Assembly: GCF_006345805.1 (NCBI RefSeq)
Contig: NC_043012.1
Location: forward strand, 15,810,001-15,874,000
Reading direction: 5' to 3'
DNA: 64,000 bases
DNA from: Octopus sinensis
Lineage: Eukaryota
Made by a program: the position numbers and the translations under genes. The notes under the pieces were generated by a model. That model saw only the letters and a list, made by a program, of their open reading frames with translations. It did no database searches and was not told where the DNA came from. Each line of letters starts with the position of its first letter. Position 1 is the stretch's first letter. Below, piece after piece: positions 63,160 to 64,000 of the stretch.

Positions 63160-64000
63160 AGATGGTGAGCTGGCAGAATTGTTAGAGTGCTGGGGAAAAG
63201 TGCTTTGTAATATGTATTCAAGACTTTTATATTCTAAGTTCAAATCCTCTCGAAGTTAAATTTTCCACCTCGGGACCAATGAAATAAATGACCAGTGATG
63301 TACGTGGATTGATAGTATCGAATAGACCCGTTTCGTCAAACATTGCTCGCCTTATGTCTAAACCAGACACAAATTATTTGGTTGACCAGCTAACTTTAAT
63401 TGTGTTCTGTATTAACTTTATCATGTCCCTTCTAACAGTTTGTTTTAAAATAGTTCCTGAACGAGTAAGCTACGTACCAGTTCCTTTACCTTTCATCATC
63501 TTTTCTATGTTCAACTCACCAAATCCGAAGAAGATTATTTATGAAAAGTCTTTTCCATTAGAGCTGCAGTCTTCTGCGTTTCTCTATTCAACTAGATTTT
63601 TTACAAAAGACACCGACCTACATAGATTTCACATAAACATATTCAGTTTTGGAAGCTTGAAAGGCCTGAAAGGGCTACGAGAAAGACTCCATTATCTTTG
63701 GGTGAAATAACTGATCTAATTTAAGTAGAAGTCTGACATTTTTTGTTGGAGGAGGAAACAGTGAATTACATCGATTCGATCAATTTACGTGAATGTTACC
63801 TTCTTTCATCACTTCTGAAAGGATGAAAGACAAAGTTGAGCCTCCGTGAGATTTTGAACTCCGAGAGATTTGAACTCAGCATAAACAGCTGCAAGAAATA
63901 TTGGTTTCAAATTCTGGTACAACGCCAGCAAGTTCGGGAGGATGAGTACTTTGATTACATCGTCCCCAGTCCTCAACTGATACTTATTTTATCGATCCTG
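63160..64000. mobile_element. Degenerate SINE family B remnants (plus about 63160-63310; minus about 63760-63870 and 63897-64000)
   Basis: ggtgagctggcagaattgttag head; gaaaggatgaaag and gattacatcgtccccag cores. Confidence 0.7.

Noticed and set aside
63288-63710. 140-aa plus-strand ORF as a host exon
   Set aside because: Starts in a SINE remnant, has no recognisable domain and no convincing splice pair; a homology search would be needed.

Overview
AT-rich eukaryotic (metazoan) DNA made almost entirely of repeats. I found no host protein-coding exon, rRNA, true tRNA gene or CRISPR array, so this is probably intergenic or intronic. The SINE families look like the tRNA-derived SINEs of octopod cephalopods (recalled, not database-checked). 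Contents: an 84-bp satellite (1-4.2 kb); many SINEs (families labelled A-D here); mariner/Tc1 remnants; Helitron pieces; Penelope-like, R4/Dong-like, Tx1/L1-like and CR1-like retroelement fragments; MITEs with 8-bp TSDs; and palindromic cassettes embedded in (TA)n. Most ORFs in the supplied track are microsatellite artefacts. Best leads: (1) an LTR-like 414-bp segment with a perfect 5-unit heat-shock element, a UPRE/CRE motif, TATA and Inr; (2) a minimal dimer-type hammerhead-like motif in a Penelope-type terminal repeat; (3) SINE multimers with a fixed palindromic junction, one bounded by a single TSD; (4) a 999-bp insert with a SINE-like tail and 15-bp TSD; (5) a (TA)n-embedded foldback element family. 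All coordinates, alignments and translations were done by eye. Frequent homopolymer indels suggest some residual long-read error.
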